From contig ADNK01001131.1 of the NCBI GenBank assembly GCA_000320545.1, forward strand, positions 53,961 through 117,960: a DNA stretch of 64,000 nucleotides, read 5' to 3'. Below, piece after piece: positions 14,572 to 28,889 of this stretch (position 1 is its first letter; the number at the start of each line of letters is the position of its first letter). The notes below the pieces were generated by a model, which worked only from the letters and a program-made list of their open reading frames with translations, was not told the DNA's origin and ran no database searches. Source of the stretch: Bigelowiella natans CCMP2755. Taxonomy: Eukaryota > Protista > Cercozoa. Position numbers and translations under genes: made by a program.

Positions 14572-15261
14572 TTACTACTATCACTTTACCACTACTTTAA
14601 GAGATTAAGTTTTAAATATTCACTGTCTTCGCCAGTTCTTGTATAGAAGAGAGGTATTCAAATCATACAAAGTTGTATTCTCTTTGATTTGCGGCTATTA
14701 CTTAGGAAAATCGCCTCCTCTTCATCAATGGCAACAATGACAATAGCAATAAGAGGAGGGGTCTGAGCCATTACTTCGATGCTAAAATCAACTGGATTGC
14801 AGACCCCGATATAGACGATGAGAATGTGGGTGGAGGACTAGCATCATCTTCAATATGGACGGAGAGAGGAAAGCATGATACTATTACTACAACAACAACA
14901 ACTACTTCTACTTCCTCTTCTACTGCTACCACTAATCTGACAGGATCCCCACCCTTGGGTTCCACGCTCCTCGCACCACTAAGAATAGGGAGGTCGCCAG
15001 CTGGTGGAGAGAGAGGGGGGGACCGAACGAGGACAGGGAGGCAGCAGCAACAACAGCATCTACAACATCACCACCACCAACAGCAGCAGAAGCAAGATAA
15101 TCGCAGTTACACAGAGCATGGAGCGAGGATAGGAGGAGTGCTAACGGGTATGCCAGTTATTGTAAAGGCCTACAAGAAGCGAATGTGGAAGGAATTTCGA
15201 GGAAGAAGAGGAGGAGGAGGAGGAAGCATAGGAGGTGGTACTTGGAGAGTAGTAGTAAGTG

Positions 15262-15294
<33 letters not shown>

Positions 15295-16569
15295 ACAATG
15301 TACCAGTACGACGATATATTGCGACAAAAATATCTACAAATAGTAGTAGTAGTATCACTACATAAGGCGATATACAGAGGAGAGAAGATAAGAAGGGGGA
15401 AAAGGAAATTAAAAACACATCCATCACAATTATTTGATTTTTATCTGCTGTCTTCTTCTTCCTTGTACTACTACTACTACTACCACTACTACTACTTCAG
15501 GGGGATTGCATGAGATGCCGAAACAGCAAGATCGAACGAAGCTCACACAAATTCTCAGGGTAAAAGAGATATGTATAGGAACAGTGTTATTGGAGGAGGG
15601 TGAGGATAATGATGATGATGATAATATCAACGGTGACTTTCCTGCTCATCGTTGTTTCCTCTTCTCCTACTACCGATCATCATCCTAATTTTATCCCTTC
15701 TTCCTTGGACCACATTCATTATCATTACTACTACTAGCATCATCACCTTTCAAATAAATTCACATTTAGGTTCCGAGTACAGATGAGCTTTCCAGTGATG
15801 AAAAAATTCTATTGTGGAGATATCGCAGGTAATAGTTGGTGAGGCGGAGAAGAGAAAGGGGGAGCAGGAGGAGGAGGAGGAGGAGGAGAGTTCCTACTAT
15901 ATTTTGTACAGCAGCAAATATTACCGCTGTGCACTTTCGTAGTAGAAAATTGTTGTTGTAATAAACATTAATATCGGTTAAAAAGCGCTTTTTTCTCTTC
16001 ACACTCATATATTAGTGATTCTCATCGCTGCTTAGTTTCTTTCTGATATTACTGGTGTTTCTACTATTTGGTAGGTTTCTTCGTCGGTATGCTAGCGCTT
16101 TATGTCCGATCCTCTGCACGGTAGACTGGAGTGATGTGGAAGACGTCAAAGAGGTGTTGGATGTGATTTCTGTCTTCTTCTTCTTCTTCTTCTTCTTCTT
16201 CTTTTTCTTCTTCCAGTTCTTCGTCTTCATCGTGATTTGTATTTGCTAATTATGGTGAGGTAGTGTACTTGAACATTAAGTATTCGTGCTTCTCTCTACT
16301 AATATATATTTTTCCTAGATGATGATGTAAATAATACCGATGTTTTGTTATTACGATCGAGTAGATTGAGTATTTACTCTCTGTGTGGGAGCCGCTTAGT
16401 GCGTTAGACGCTCTCGAGTTGCTTTCTGATAAGTTCAAGGGAGCTCCTCCCATTGTTCGCAGTCATGCTGTCAAAGCTCTAATGCGACAAACAGACGATC
16501 AGATCCTCAGATATCTCCTTCCTCTCGTGCAGGTATTAGTTGTAATACTGATGGGCCTTGAAGCATGTT

Positions 16570-16614
<45 letters not shown>

Positions 16615-17430
16615 CATATTCTTAATTTGTTAATTGTTGAATTGTTCCTGCTTTGTCGACCAGCAATCATAAATATCCTAAAGTTATTAATATCCCTGCT
16701 ATTACTGATTATGATGATAATGATGATCACGTGGTTGATTAGTCTTTGAAGTATGATGGTGATGATGGCGATATGGTATGCGCTCCTGGATCTCTGGCAC
16801 AATTTCTGATCAAACGAGCAATAGAAAATTTCGAAATAGCTTCCAACCTCTATTGGTTTCTTAAGGTAGCTCTGCTGTTCCTTTGTGCGAATACTTACAC
16901 ACATGACCACTTTGTTGTTGTTGTTGTTGATGATAATGATGATGATGATGACGATGGTGAAGATGATTTCATAATACTACCACCACAGGTTGAGAGCAAA
17001 GGTGATGCTACAGCTGCTGCTGCTACTACTGCTACTGCTGGTGCTAGGAATGGTGGTGGTGGCGGTGATGAGAATGTTGACGAAGATGATTCTTCGACCT
17101 CAAAGGAGGAGCAGAAGAAAACGAACAACGATAAAAACGTTTACAAAAAGATATGGATAAAGTTCAACAATCGACTGAGCGCCAAGTGGAAGGAGGCACT
17201 GACATTGCAAGAGAGCTTGCTACAAGACCTCGCTAACCTTAGAAATGTAATGAGTAGCAGTAGTAGTAGTAGTAGTAGTAGTAGTTGTTGTTGTTGTAAA
17301 TACCTGCTACAGACCTCGCTAATCTCAGAAACAGTAGCAATACATATAAAAGAGAGACTTAATAATACATACATACATACAAGTGGGCGACTAATTTCGA
17401 AAATGACGAATTGTAAACTACTACAACACT

Positions 17431-17472
<42 letters not shown>

Positions 17473-17754
17473 TGCATGCATGCACACGCATGCATGCACA
17501 CGTATTTACTTTTTTGTTCGTTCTTCCTGAACATGCAGTATTGTATGCTACCATAGATTACATATCATCGGCCTTTGCAGCCGTATCGATACGCAAGACA
17601 ACACAACATGATATGACATGAAGCCGTTTGTTATCGTTTCTCAATCTGAGTTCTCTTTTATTGTAGTTGGTTTCTGCTAACCAAAGAAGCAGTAGTGCCA
17701 ATGTACCATTGTCATGGAATAATCAATCATAAATACTACCGTTTCAGTTATCTC

Positions 17755-17808
<54 letters not shown>

Positions 17809-18431
17809 ATCAGGAAGCGAAAAAGGTTGGAGGGAAAACGGAGGACTGGATTACATGTCTTCGAGAACAACTTCTGAAGGTATACAAATGGTAATTAAGT
17901 TATCAGGGGATTAATTTGTGTTGTGATCGTTAGCGTTAATTAATCGATGTGTAGTGTGAATAGCAAGGGATAACCCTATGATGATTACACTAAGTTTTTG
18001 TCATCATGATAGCATTCATAATAACGTATATTTAAAATAACAGGAACCTGAAGGTTCATTTTCGCATTTGAACGATTTTCAAACGGGTGTTCGGTGTCCT
18101 CTGCAGCCTTCCGAAAAGTTGCTCGTCGGTGTAATACCGTCCAAAACGACAATGTTCAAGAGTGCGATGGCGCCTCTTCTCGTTACTTTCAAGACTTTAC
18201 CGGCAGGTGTATTGTCATCAGCAGCAGAAGGGGAGGAGGAGGAGGAGGAGGAGGAGGAAGGAAAAGACGCTTCTGTAGCACTACTATCACCAAGTGAAGG
18301 AAGCAGCCACGAAACGAAGAAGCGCGACAAGAAGAAGAAGAAGAAGAAGAAGAAGAAGAAGGAGGAGGTAGTATAGGATATATCATCATCCCTTTAGCTC
18401 ATCCATCCTTTCCCTCTATGTAGGGAGTAAA

Positions 18432-18471
<40 letters not shown>

Positions 18472-18609
18472 CATCCTTTCAGCTCATCCACCCTTTCCCT
18501 TTCTTCTCGTCCCCAAGTAACTTTCTTTTTCTTCCTTTCCTTCTTCTTCTTCTCCTTCTTCTTCTTCTTCTTCTTCTTCTTCTTCTTCTTCTCGCTCTGT
18601 CCGACACGT

Positions 18610-18655
<46 letters not shown>

Positions 18656-18675
18656 ATGATATAATTTTTTAAAAA

Positions 18676-18712
<37 letters not shown>

Positions 18713-20331
18713 GTTCGCATACATTGACTCAATAGGTATTGTTATCCTGTGGTGAAAAACGTTGGATTTTTAAATCCGGTGATGACTTACGGCAAGATCA
18801 GCTCGTAATGTGAGTCATGGAGAACTACTACTACTACTACTACAACGAATTCCTAATTGTTAATGTAAACACACTACTAAGTAACACCAAATGTCACTGT
18901 CATCTAATACAGGTGTCTGATCGGTGTGATGGATGAGTTGTTCAAAATGCTCAACCTTGATTTAAGACTTACGCCGTATAAAGTTCTAGCTACAAGCACG
19001 TACTACTATCATTTGTATAACAATATATATACACATCAGTGGAAGCAGCATCATTTTGATAAATGTTTCCTTGTATCTCTTCTTTTCCAATCAATAACAT
19101 TCTTCTCCACCTCTCCCTCCTCCTTTGTAACTCTTTGAAATACTAGTACGATGTTGCTACACAAGAACTACTGCTGCCCAGAATTACAAAGATGCAACAA
19201 CAACTCTTAATTAATATATTCTCTTCTCCTCCTCTTCTTCCTATTCTTCCTCTTCTTACTTCTCACAGAGATCAGGGATTGGTAGAGTTTGTCGAAAGCT
19301 CAACGACTCTCAGCAAAATTAGAATGGTACAAAGGACAAAGGGATAGGGAGGGGGGGGGGGAGGAGGATAGGCTTTATCTGCTTGCTGTGATTAAATGAA
19401 GAGAAGTGTATGAGAGGACTACCAGTGCTACGAAAAGAAAAAGAAGAGAAAGAAGTCACGCCGAATACGTAGGCTAGTATGAGGCAGAGACATGTAACGC
19501 TGCTGTATTTTTGTTTCGGAAGAAATGAGAGAGAGGAAGAGAAGGGGGATAGAGGGGGGTCAAGGGAGAAGTAATATCATATAATTGATAGATGGTTTGA
19601 TTATATCTTCTTCTTCTTCTTCTTCCAGTAGCCATCATCAAATAGAATAATGGGGCAGCATTCTGTATTATCCTTCATTTCTTTCTCAAAAGACGATTAC
19701 ATCATTAACAAACAGGAAAAGAAATCATCAAGTAATCCTACCAACGATTCTCAGCAGCAGCCGCCGCAGCAGCTTCATCCTCCTCCTCCTGTTCTTCAGA
19801 ACATCTCTTCATCTTCTTTCTCTTCTGCTCCACTGGCATCACCAGCAACACATTTAAAGACTAACTCATCATCAGTAGCAGCCGCACCACCACCACCACA
19901 AGCAGTGTCTATCATCAAAGAAGAAAAAAGGAGTGATAGCATCACCAAACCCTCCTCTGGAAATGTTTTAGTAGCACCAGAACTAGCACCAGGAAGAGGA
20001 GGAGAAGGAGAAGGTCGTTATCAGTCGTTACTTTGCAGTGATGATAGGACAGCAATAGCTGGAATTGAGAAGAAAAGGAATAATAATAATATTAAGACAG
20101 CAGCTATTGGTGGTCTTCCTGCTGAAGGAATAGCAGGGTGGCGAATACAAAGCAGTAACAACAGCAACAGCACCAGCACAAAAATTGGAAACGACGACGA
20201 CGACGACGACGACGACGATGGAACCCCTGATCATAAAAGTAGAAGTAGCAAGTCAAATACAGTAAATGATGATGGTGGTGGTAATGATAGTAGTACCCGT
20301 GGTATAGCAGTTTTAACAGCTGCTGCTACTA

Positions 20332-20372
<41 letters not shown>

Positions 20373-22396
20373 ACCACTGCTGCACCTTCGACTTTTATCT
20401 CGCGACAACAACGAGGAGGGGAAAAGGCTAACGACGGCGACGACGACGACGATGATGACAACGACAACAAAAGGGACGACTACCACATCAATAAGAGCCT
20501 TAGTGGTAACAAGGAGGAAGGACTTTTAGCGTTTCTGAAAAAACACAATAAGGTATTACTATTTCTACTACTGCTGCTAGTGCTGCTGCTACCACTACTA
20601 GTAGGGTTATAGATGAGAAAAGGTGTTAAATAATTACAACAACAATGACAATGCTTTCTGCTTATGACGACGATGATGACGACCACGACCATGCTCTCCT
20701 ACTCTCTTCATTCATTCCTAAATCAGGAGGGCGCCCCACTAACACGCGCAAAAGAAAACCTCGTCCGAAGTTGTGCGGTAGTAAATATTGAGGATGGATC
20801 ACTTTCTTTGATGATAATGATATTATCTGTCAAGTTTCATTTTTTAATACTACTCATTTTTTGCATGATTATGACCGTCATCATTATCATCACCATTAAA
20901 CCATATTGTTTTCTCTTGTTGTTTTGTGCTCCTCCTCCACCTCAAGGGTTATTGCATCATCACCTATGTGCTCGGCGTGGGGTATGACGACAACGAAATG
21001 GAGGAGAGATCCTCATAATACTGCCTGTGTTGCTGCTGCTGCTATGTTTGCCAGTCAACATCGATTTACTTATGAGTGAAGCACCACATTAATATCATCA
21101 TCATCATCATCATTATTATCATCATCATTATCATCACTCCTTCAGGGACCGCCATTTGGACAACATATTGATAACAAGAACAGGCCGCATATTCCATATC
21201 GATTTTGGATACGTTTTCGGGGTATAAATGAATGAATAGTGTGCGTTGTTTTTATGTAGCACAAAAGGCTGCTGAACTATCGATATTGCATCATATCTTT
21301 AAAATGTCAAGCGGCCTCACTAATGCAAATGTTATACCTTAATTCCTTTCTTCTCCTCTTTACAATGATGGTGATGGATATATCCTAGATTGTTTATTGC
21401 ATCGTTATATAATGTATCTCAAACACTTCCTCCTCCTCCTCCTCCTCCTCCTCCTCCTCCTCTCCTTCCTAAATATTAATCAGAATGATCCAAAACCCTT
21501 TGCTCCTCCTGTGAGACTTGTTAGTGAAATGTTCGAGGTAATAGTAATTAATAGTACACTACATAGAGGAGCCAACAACCAAAATAGTAAGTAGTCCAAT
21601 AGAAAAATCAGCATCACCAAAGAATTTGTAGTCCTAATAGTAGTTGTTGTTGTAGAGTTATATAAGTTTGGATGTTTACATACAATTAGGCGATGGCAGC
21701 AGCGAGACAGCATGAAGATTTCTTGAAATACTGCTGTTGGGTACGTATGATGAGGATGATGATGATGATGATGATGATAATGGTGTAAACTGTGTGGTAG
21801 TTTGTGAGCTTGCCTTACTACTTAGCAAGAGTATACGAATATGCTACTGATTTTTGAGAGATAAAGTTAATATGACATGCGCTCCATTCAAGTATATCCC
21901 ATATTGCATTTGGCGTGATAATGATAATGATTCTGCTGTGGGCGTACCTACCGCTGCTCTCTATCTTTCATACACGTCTACTACTACTACTACTACTACT
22001 ACTACACCTAATGCCCCTACTTCCACAAAAACTGCGATTGCTTCCGTTATCATTCGTCGATAGGCATTCAATCGGTTGCGGTCTCAAGCTCGAAGGATTC
22101 TAAATCTAGTGTCCATCATGAAGGTATTATATAGATCAAATATGATTGACCCCTTCATCATTAGTTCTACTTGATATAAACTGTTATTCTTATTTCCTTT
22201 GCTGCTGCTCCTCCTCCCCCCTCTACTTACTTACTTTCTTACTTCCAAAATGCCATGAACTGAATACAGGATTTGCTTCCTGGGGATACCAATAGCCATC
22301 TCACTTATGTATGATTAAAACCATCATAACACATATCAAAAACAGTATTCTATATTGGTACGATGTGCTGAAGAGGAGGGATTGAAGATGATTGCG

Positions 22397-22437
<41 letters not shown>

Positions 22438-22787
22438 TATTATGTTTATCTGATCTCCCATACCGTGATGATAGTAGCAGCCAGCAGCTATGCGTAATAC
22501 TCATACAGTTTGGTATTCACACCTAACCCATTTTTTATTGAAAATGATCGCTGAAGGCGTTATCATCATCACTTCAAACAATGGTAGGTGCACAAAAAAT
22601 TAGATTTAAGTTCTAGCGATGCTAAGGCTGAGAAGGAACTTATAAATCAGATTAAGGTATAAGTATTTCCACCATTGTTGACACTTTGACTTTGATAATA
22701 ATCATGTATTTTCATTAGGCAAGCACAAACCATTTTTTCGCCGAGTTCTTTGAGTATTTCCATGCGGTTGCGGTAGCGAATAGGTGA
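11727..22787 (+). CDS. VPS34: Class III phosphatidylinositol 3-kinase Vps34 (>25 exons, large low-complexity insertions)
   Basis: C2 region ([12 protein letters not shown]), helical domain ([39 protein letters not shown]), kinase motifs [70 protein letters not shown], and C-terminal [12 protein letters not shown]. Confidence 0.95.
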
Positions 22788-23100
22788 CATTGTGAACCGA
22801 GTTTGCTTAATGATCTCGACATTATTCTAGTGAATGAAATTCTTTTCCAAGACGGACGGTTGCTTGCTTCTACGCTGATTCATTACTTCGTTTTGGTAAT
22901 GTATGTTCAGGCGTACAGACAGTGTAAATGTTGCTTGCATTTCATGTGTAAGATGTGCAATTTGTTTTGATCAAGCTGAGCGTGCTGTTCACTACATGGT
23001 TTGCTTACTAGTGTCCGTCTACATATACCAATTCAAGTGCTGTGCGCACAACACGCCACATGCGACCCATTGCATTCACACACATGCCTGACATCGTAGC

Positions 23101-23209
23101 AGAAACAAACAAGTACAACATAAGCGCAATAAGCGCGGCTTTACATAGCTACATTAGGATTACAACTGAAAACGATTAACTTATTCATTACTAGATTACA
23201 TCCGTCTCA
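23101..23209 (+). repeat. Dispersed intergenic repeat family, copy C
   Basis: gaaacaaac..aagcgc..tacatagctacattaggattacaactgaaaa..ttacatccgtctca. Confidence 0.8.
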
Positions 23210-23832
23210 CATGTCAATGCGCTGCGCGCTAGCAGCGTATCTAGCTAGCTAGCCCTTAGAACGTGAATATAGATAGCCCTTTATAGGCTATATAGCGTAC
23301 ACAAAAGCACATATGCTACAAAGTACACATGAGATTAGTCACATCTAGACATGCATGTGTCCCAGAGAACATGTCTAGATGTCGTGTTCTGAACCCGGGC
23401 ACAACTACGCTAGATATAGCCCTATATAGGCTATGTAAATAGCGGTAGCTCAAGAGATGTGCTATCACTAGATATATGTGATGTTGTAACATTTAGTCCG
23501 AACATGGTAGCCTGCGCCTTATAGTAGCTAGAATAGCTGACTTGATGCTAACGATATACAGTAGGTATGCGAATGACGCTAGATATGCAACGCGATGTTG
23601 TTTCGCCAATTTCCCCGGCTAAGCAGAACAAGCAAGCTAAAAATCTTATGGTGAGGTCATGGTATGGCTGCAACTCACGTTGTCCTTCGCTTCTTGCTGT
23701 GCGAAACGTGTTGTCGAGGTGATGACCGCATACATGTAGCAAACATTGCGATGAAAGCAGGGCCGGTACGTATAGATGAAGGACTGTGCATAATTTTTGC
23801 AGTCAATTGTTGCCTACGGTACATCAAGTCTA

Positions 23833-24843
23833 TCAGTCTATGGCTATTCCATCTGTTCCCTTTGCAGTATAGAAATTTTTCCAGTCCTCAAAATCTCTTT
23901 TCCATAAACAAACTTTTCCTTCGGCATCACTCGATGCTAGAATTGACCCAGTCAAGTTCCAGGATACTTTCCAGATTTGTATATTATTTTCTCCTGCTAA
24001 ATCTTTTTCTGTGTCGACTTCGAAACGCCCAGTACCCCCATCGCTTGCCAATTGGTCAGTCTTTGCCTTAAGTTTGTATATTCGCACGGCATCGCTAGCA
24101 GTTGCTATGAGATGGTAGGATCTTCCCATGCTCGGAGCCCACGCTAACGAGCGGATTGGACGGTTGTGCTTCCCTAATTTGCTTGCTTGTACCCATCGAA
24201 ATTGTTCTTCATAGTATTCCCATATTGCCTGCTCTTGTCCACAGGCCACAACTAGCGAAGGAATTTCCATATAATTTGGATTCCAAGCAATAGCTGTGCA
24301 CGCCTTCTTACCTGCTGATAATTCTGAAACCTTTACCCACTTCGTCAGATCCATAGCATCATCAGCCTCGTAAACATAAACCTTACCATCAGCGCAAGGG
24401 ATTGCTAGCGTCAATGCTAACGTAGGTTCTGCCCCAGGTTTAAAAGCAAGGCCTGTCGGCTTGCTGTCCAGCTTAATTCCACGTCGTTCTGCAAACGAAA
24501 GGTCCCCACCACTAGTGGTAGTCTCTTCAAATATCCGTACAACATTGTCATCGAGTGTCGCTGCGGCAAAAACCTGGCCGAAGTGTGGTGGAGCCCATGA
24601 CAGCCTCCGGACTCTCCCTTTTACATCAATTTCTACCTCCTTCTTGAACTGGCTGCTGCCACTCCTCCCAAAGATCTTTATCCGATTATCTTCTGAGCTG
24701 ACTGCAAAGCGCTGAGAGTAGAAGTCAAAAGCAAGGTCATAGATTATTGCCTCAGCCTTTGGATGATCACTGCTTTCGACATTTTGCTTGTCTTCGCTTT
24801 GCGTCTTGTCCTTTCCGGACCCCCCATGCTTAGCTTCATACAT
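23833..24843 (-). CDS. SEH1: Nucleoporin SEH1 (WD40), single-exon ORF of 336 aa
   Basis: IYDLAFDFYSQRFAVSSED..IKIF, LSWAPPHFGQVFAA, VYVYEADDAMDLTKW, LAWAPSMGRSYHLIATAS and WKVSWNLTGSILASSDAEGKVCLWK are hallmark Seh1 segments. Confidence 0.92.
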   Translation of the reverse strand: MYEAKHGGSGKDKTQSEDKQNVESSDHPKAEAIIYDLAFDFYSQRFAVSSEDNRIKIFGRSGSSQFKKEVEIDVKGRVRRLSWAPPHFGQVFAAATLDDNVVRIFEETTTSGGDLSFAERRGIKLDSKPTGLAFKPGAEPTLALTLAIPCADGKVYVYEADDAMDLTKWVKVSELSAGKKACTAIAWNPNYMEIPSLVVACGQEQAIWEYYEEQFRWVQASKLGKHNRPIRSLAWAPSMGRSYHLIATASDAVRIYKLKAKTDQLASDGGTGRFEVDTEKDLAGENNIQIWKVSWNLTGSILASSDAEGKVCLWKRDFEDWKNFYTAKGTDGIAID

Positions 24844-25181
24844 GGTTGTTCAGATTGTTTAGATGATCTAGGTTTGGGGGAGGATCCGAAGTATTAATGA
24901 TGATTTAAAAGACGATATGGCGGATGACGATGAGATTAACGATTGCGGCGGGGGGAGAACACTGGAATTCTCGAGAATTGTTCTAGATGTTGCTGTTGCT
25001 TCTGTCTCTAGATCAAAAAATTTGGATATTTTCGCGATTGTAATTGATTATAAATGTGTGGCGAAGAAATGGTCTGTATTCGTTACACGACGACAAGAGT
25101 ATATTGTTGTCGCAAGGAAAAAGTGATCTTCACAACCAACAACAACGTTGTGGTGGTTGGTTGCTCAAGGCCTACTACACA

Positions 25182-25941
25182 ATGGCTGCTGCTTCAGGCA
25201 ACTCACTGCCCTTACCTGCCCTCTTCACCATACTAGCCGCCGTCGCACTTTCCCCACAGCCAGCTACGCCCCAACGTATTGATCATGTAAATTACAAATC
25301 GTCGTTGATGTCGAAGTCCATGGGAAGCAGGCTGATGCGCCAAACTCAATTGTCGCAAATTGACACCAGTTTGAGTCAACTCAGAAGAGTACCTAGAATC
25401 GAGAGGAGGAGTGTAATAGAAAGCAAGTTGTTGGTGACAAGAGCTTCCAAGAAATTAAAAGTGGAAGGAGTCGTGGATCGATTTGTCTATGCAGAGTAAA
25501 AATCGCTACCACCACCATCATCATCTAATTCATCGTGTAAAATAAAAATTCTTGACTCAATCTTCCATCTGCGAATTTTTAATATTTAGCGGCAATCCTA
25601 AAGTTGCAATCCCTACGATGCTCTTTGACACATCTTTCCTGAAGAAAAAGACAGGTTTTGTTCTTAAATTAGGAAATATGTTGCAAATATAAATAGTTCT
25701 TAAATTAGGAAATATGTTTGCTGCAAATATATATAAATAGCAACATGGCTGCGATACGACTAAATCATCATGTGATAAAACTGTTACTAATTACTACCAA
25801 AGGACTAATCTATGTCATTATGTCATTATGTCTAGCTTTTATGATGATTTGTCGTTTTGTTCTCAGGAAATCTTACAGTGGATGCGGTGGTTGATGCAGG
25901 ATTTCGTGGAGTGGTTTCCAATAACTTTCCTAAGGGTAATC

Positions 25942-25983
<42 letters not shown>

Positions 25984-26584
25984 GCTAGTTGTTGTTATTC
26001 GTAGTTTTGAACTACTCCAAAAGGGTCGTTAATAATACTTGCAGTGTTCACCCATCCTATATGTGTCGAATTGCTGATTATTCCATTCTTTTTATTTGTG
26101 TCCAACCACTACGACTACTTGTTAGCAGCTTTAAAGTGAGTAGTATATGCAATTGTATGTTGTCGTTCTCTCTCTATAATTTCCATAGAGAACTTCGAAG
26201 AGGGTGTGGGCCTTGCATTGGAAGAGCTGAAAAAACAAGGGTAGGTCAATATCAGTAAATCCCGCTGTAGTGTATGCTGCATGGTTATTGTATTGCACTA
26301 CAGTGATACTTCCTCCTTAGCATTATCGTTAATATTCTACTTATTTTCCATTATTATTTCCCATCAAACGATGGCACTAATAATTTGTTAGAATTTGAAT
26401 TATTTGCATGACAATACTTATTCTGTAGATACCGAAGAACAGATTATTTCGTGCAAACACGATTTGTGCCTTCAGCGGTATTATTCCTGATAGAATGAGA
26501 GTTAGACAAACATCTAGATAATGCTACTTTCTTATTCGTATCATGTTGCGCTGCCTGTTTATCAGCAGTAGAATCACATATAAA

Positions 26585-26637
<53 letters not shown>

Positions 26638-26852
26638 CTAAAATGCTGGTTGAGCGAATAACAGCTTCTTCGTTCGTCTGTTATGATCGCCTCCTGTGCA
26701 TCCTGGGTGATACGATGTTCTTATTTGGCTACAACAATCACAGACTCAAGAAGCTGGATCTTGTCCGTACGACTCCGGTGCTTCCTTGCCAATACAAGTA
26801 CTACTAGTAGTTAGATATCATCGATCTGTTATCATGATTGTCTGGCAGCAGT

Positions 26853-26885
<33 letters not shown>

Positions 26886-26906
26886 CATTTCCTTTATTCC
26901 TTCGTG

Positions 26907-26946
<40 letters not shown>

Positions 26947-27501
26947 TGTGTTTCCCCTCCCCAACCCCTTAGATCCGGCAGTCTTTCATAAGTTCTCAAA
27001 AGAAGTTGAAAGTGGACAAACTTGACGCATTTCTGTGGGAAGGTAGTAGTAGCTTTGCTGGTTAGTAGTAGTAGTAGTAGGAGGAGGAGGAGGAGGAGTT
27101 GAGAACAAGAAGAACAAATTTTGTATACTAAGAGCAAGTACAGGGGGGGGGGGGGGGAGAATGATTAGCATTGCACTCTATCATATTTCTAATTGCACGT
27201 ATTATGTTTCTTCTTCCATTTTTAGGTGCGACATCATGGATGATAGTAAGGTAGTACGCATGATTGTTTTACATGTCAAGATGATGGTGATGATGATGAT
27301 GGTGATGATGATGGTCCTCCTCCTCTTCCTCCTCCTCACATGCATCTTACTCCTTTGTTCTTAGAGAGAGAGATATGGATGGATATGCAGAACTTGAAAA
27401 CTTATTCTTGGAAGGAAGGTGGGTGGTGTGTTTATCGTTGACTCCTACTCATCATCATCATGTTCATTTAATTGAATATACTTAGTTTGGAATCACCACG
27501 G

Positions 27502-27532
<31 letters not shown>

Positions 27533-28144
27533 ACGATCATTAATTTATTACTACTACTTTCTCAGAACTAAGTTGATTGGGATTGGCTACTTCATGTTTC
27601 CACAGCTCAAAGAAATGTAAGTAATTATGATTATTATGATTATTATTATTATAATGAATAAGCGCAGGGCAGCAGAAGTAGTTGTAGTAGTAGTAGTAGT
27701 AGTAGTAGTCGTATGAAGAAGAGGAAGAAGGGGAGAAGGAGGAGGAGGAGGAGGAGGAGGAGGAGAGGAGGGGTAAATCGAAGAATGATAAAGTTAGTAC
27801 ATCTCGCAGTAGTAGTATATTTCATCTTCTTCATTTTCTTCTTCTATTCTCTTTATTGTTCATTGATTATGATACTTCTGCTTGGTGACAGATACCAAAG
27901 GGCAGAAGTCAAGCCAATGATTTATGCGATGCCGTAATACACCTACTACTACTACACCCACTATCATCATCATAAATCTAAGATCACGTGTATGTACCTC
28001 CTGTTGTCAAAAATACGTGATAAAATGTCTTTATCGTCGTCGCCTTGTTTTGCTTTCTCACTCCTCTTCCTTCCTTTCAATTTAAACATTATGGTATATG
28101 ATCTTACTGATTGATTGGTTAGATACACACCGTACTCACTTTTG

Positions 28145-28175
<31 letters not shown>

Positions 28176-28856
28176 AACTAGGTTACACGGACATTTGGGT
28201 TGGGAGAGAGATGCACGCAAGTTTTGTCAGGAAAATGGTATAATCTTTCAGGTGAGTCGTCATTGGTCATCTAGCAGTAGTCCTCAAGCTTTATGTGAAA
28301 AACAAAATGATGACAACATAATAATACAATGATGATGACGATTTCGAATAGATAGTTACTTAAATCCAAGTTGTTGTTGTTGTTGTTGTTGTCGTTGTTG
28401 TTGTTGGTGTTTCACCAGGCATTGAACATTCTGAACGGCAATGACTGGGTACTAGTAAGAATTGATGATGATCTTGACCATGATGAGAGATGTAAAGAAG
28501 AAGAAGAAGAAGAAGATGATGATGATGATGATGATGTTGCCTACTAGTAAGGTTAGATAATAATCACAATTTAAGAACACTTATAAATAATCAATAAGTA
28601 GTAACACCTAGGGATGATGATGATTACGACATATCAAATCGGAGAATGATAGAGGCATCGTCGTCGTCGTTGTCACCAGGGTTCTAGTTAAAACAACAAC
28701 AACGTACACACTGATAGGTCTTAAAAGACGATACCGTTCTAGCCATGGCTTATCAGAGGAGTGTCAGCAGTAAAGTGGTACTTACTTCTTACTGTTATTG
28801 CTGCTGTTATGGCTGCTGCTGCTATATCGATCGCCGGTTTTGTTATGAGGATGATA

Positions 28857-28889
<33 letters not shown>

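Noticed and set aside
24962-24988. Possible HSE (gaattctcgagaattgttctaga) in the SEH1/AKR promoter
   Set aside because: The GAA/TTC units are not in a consistent 5-bp register for three units.
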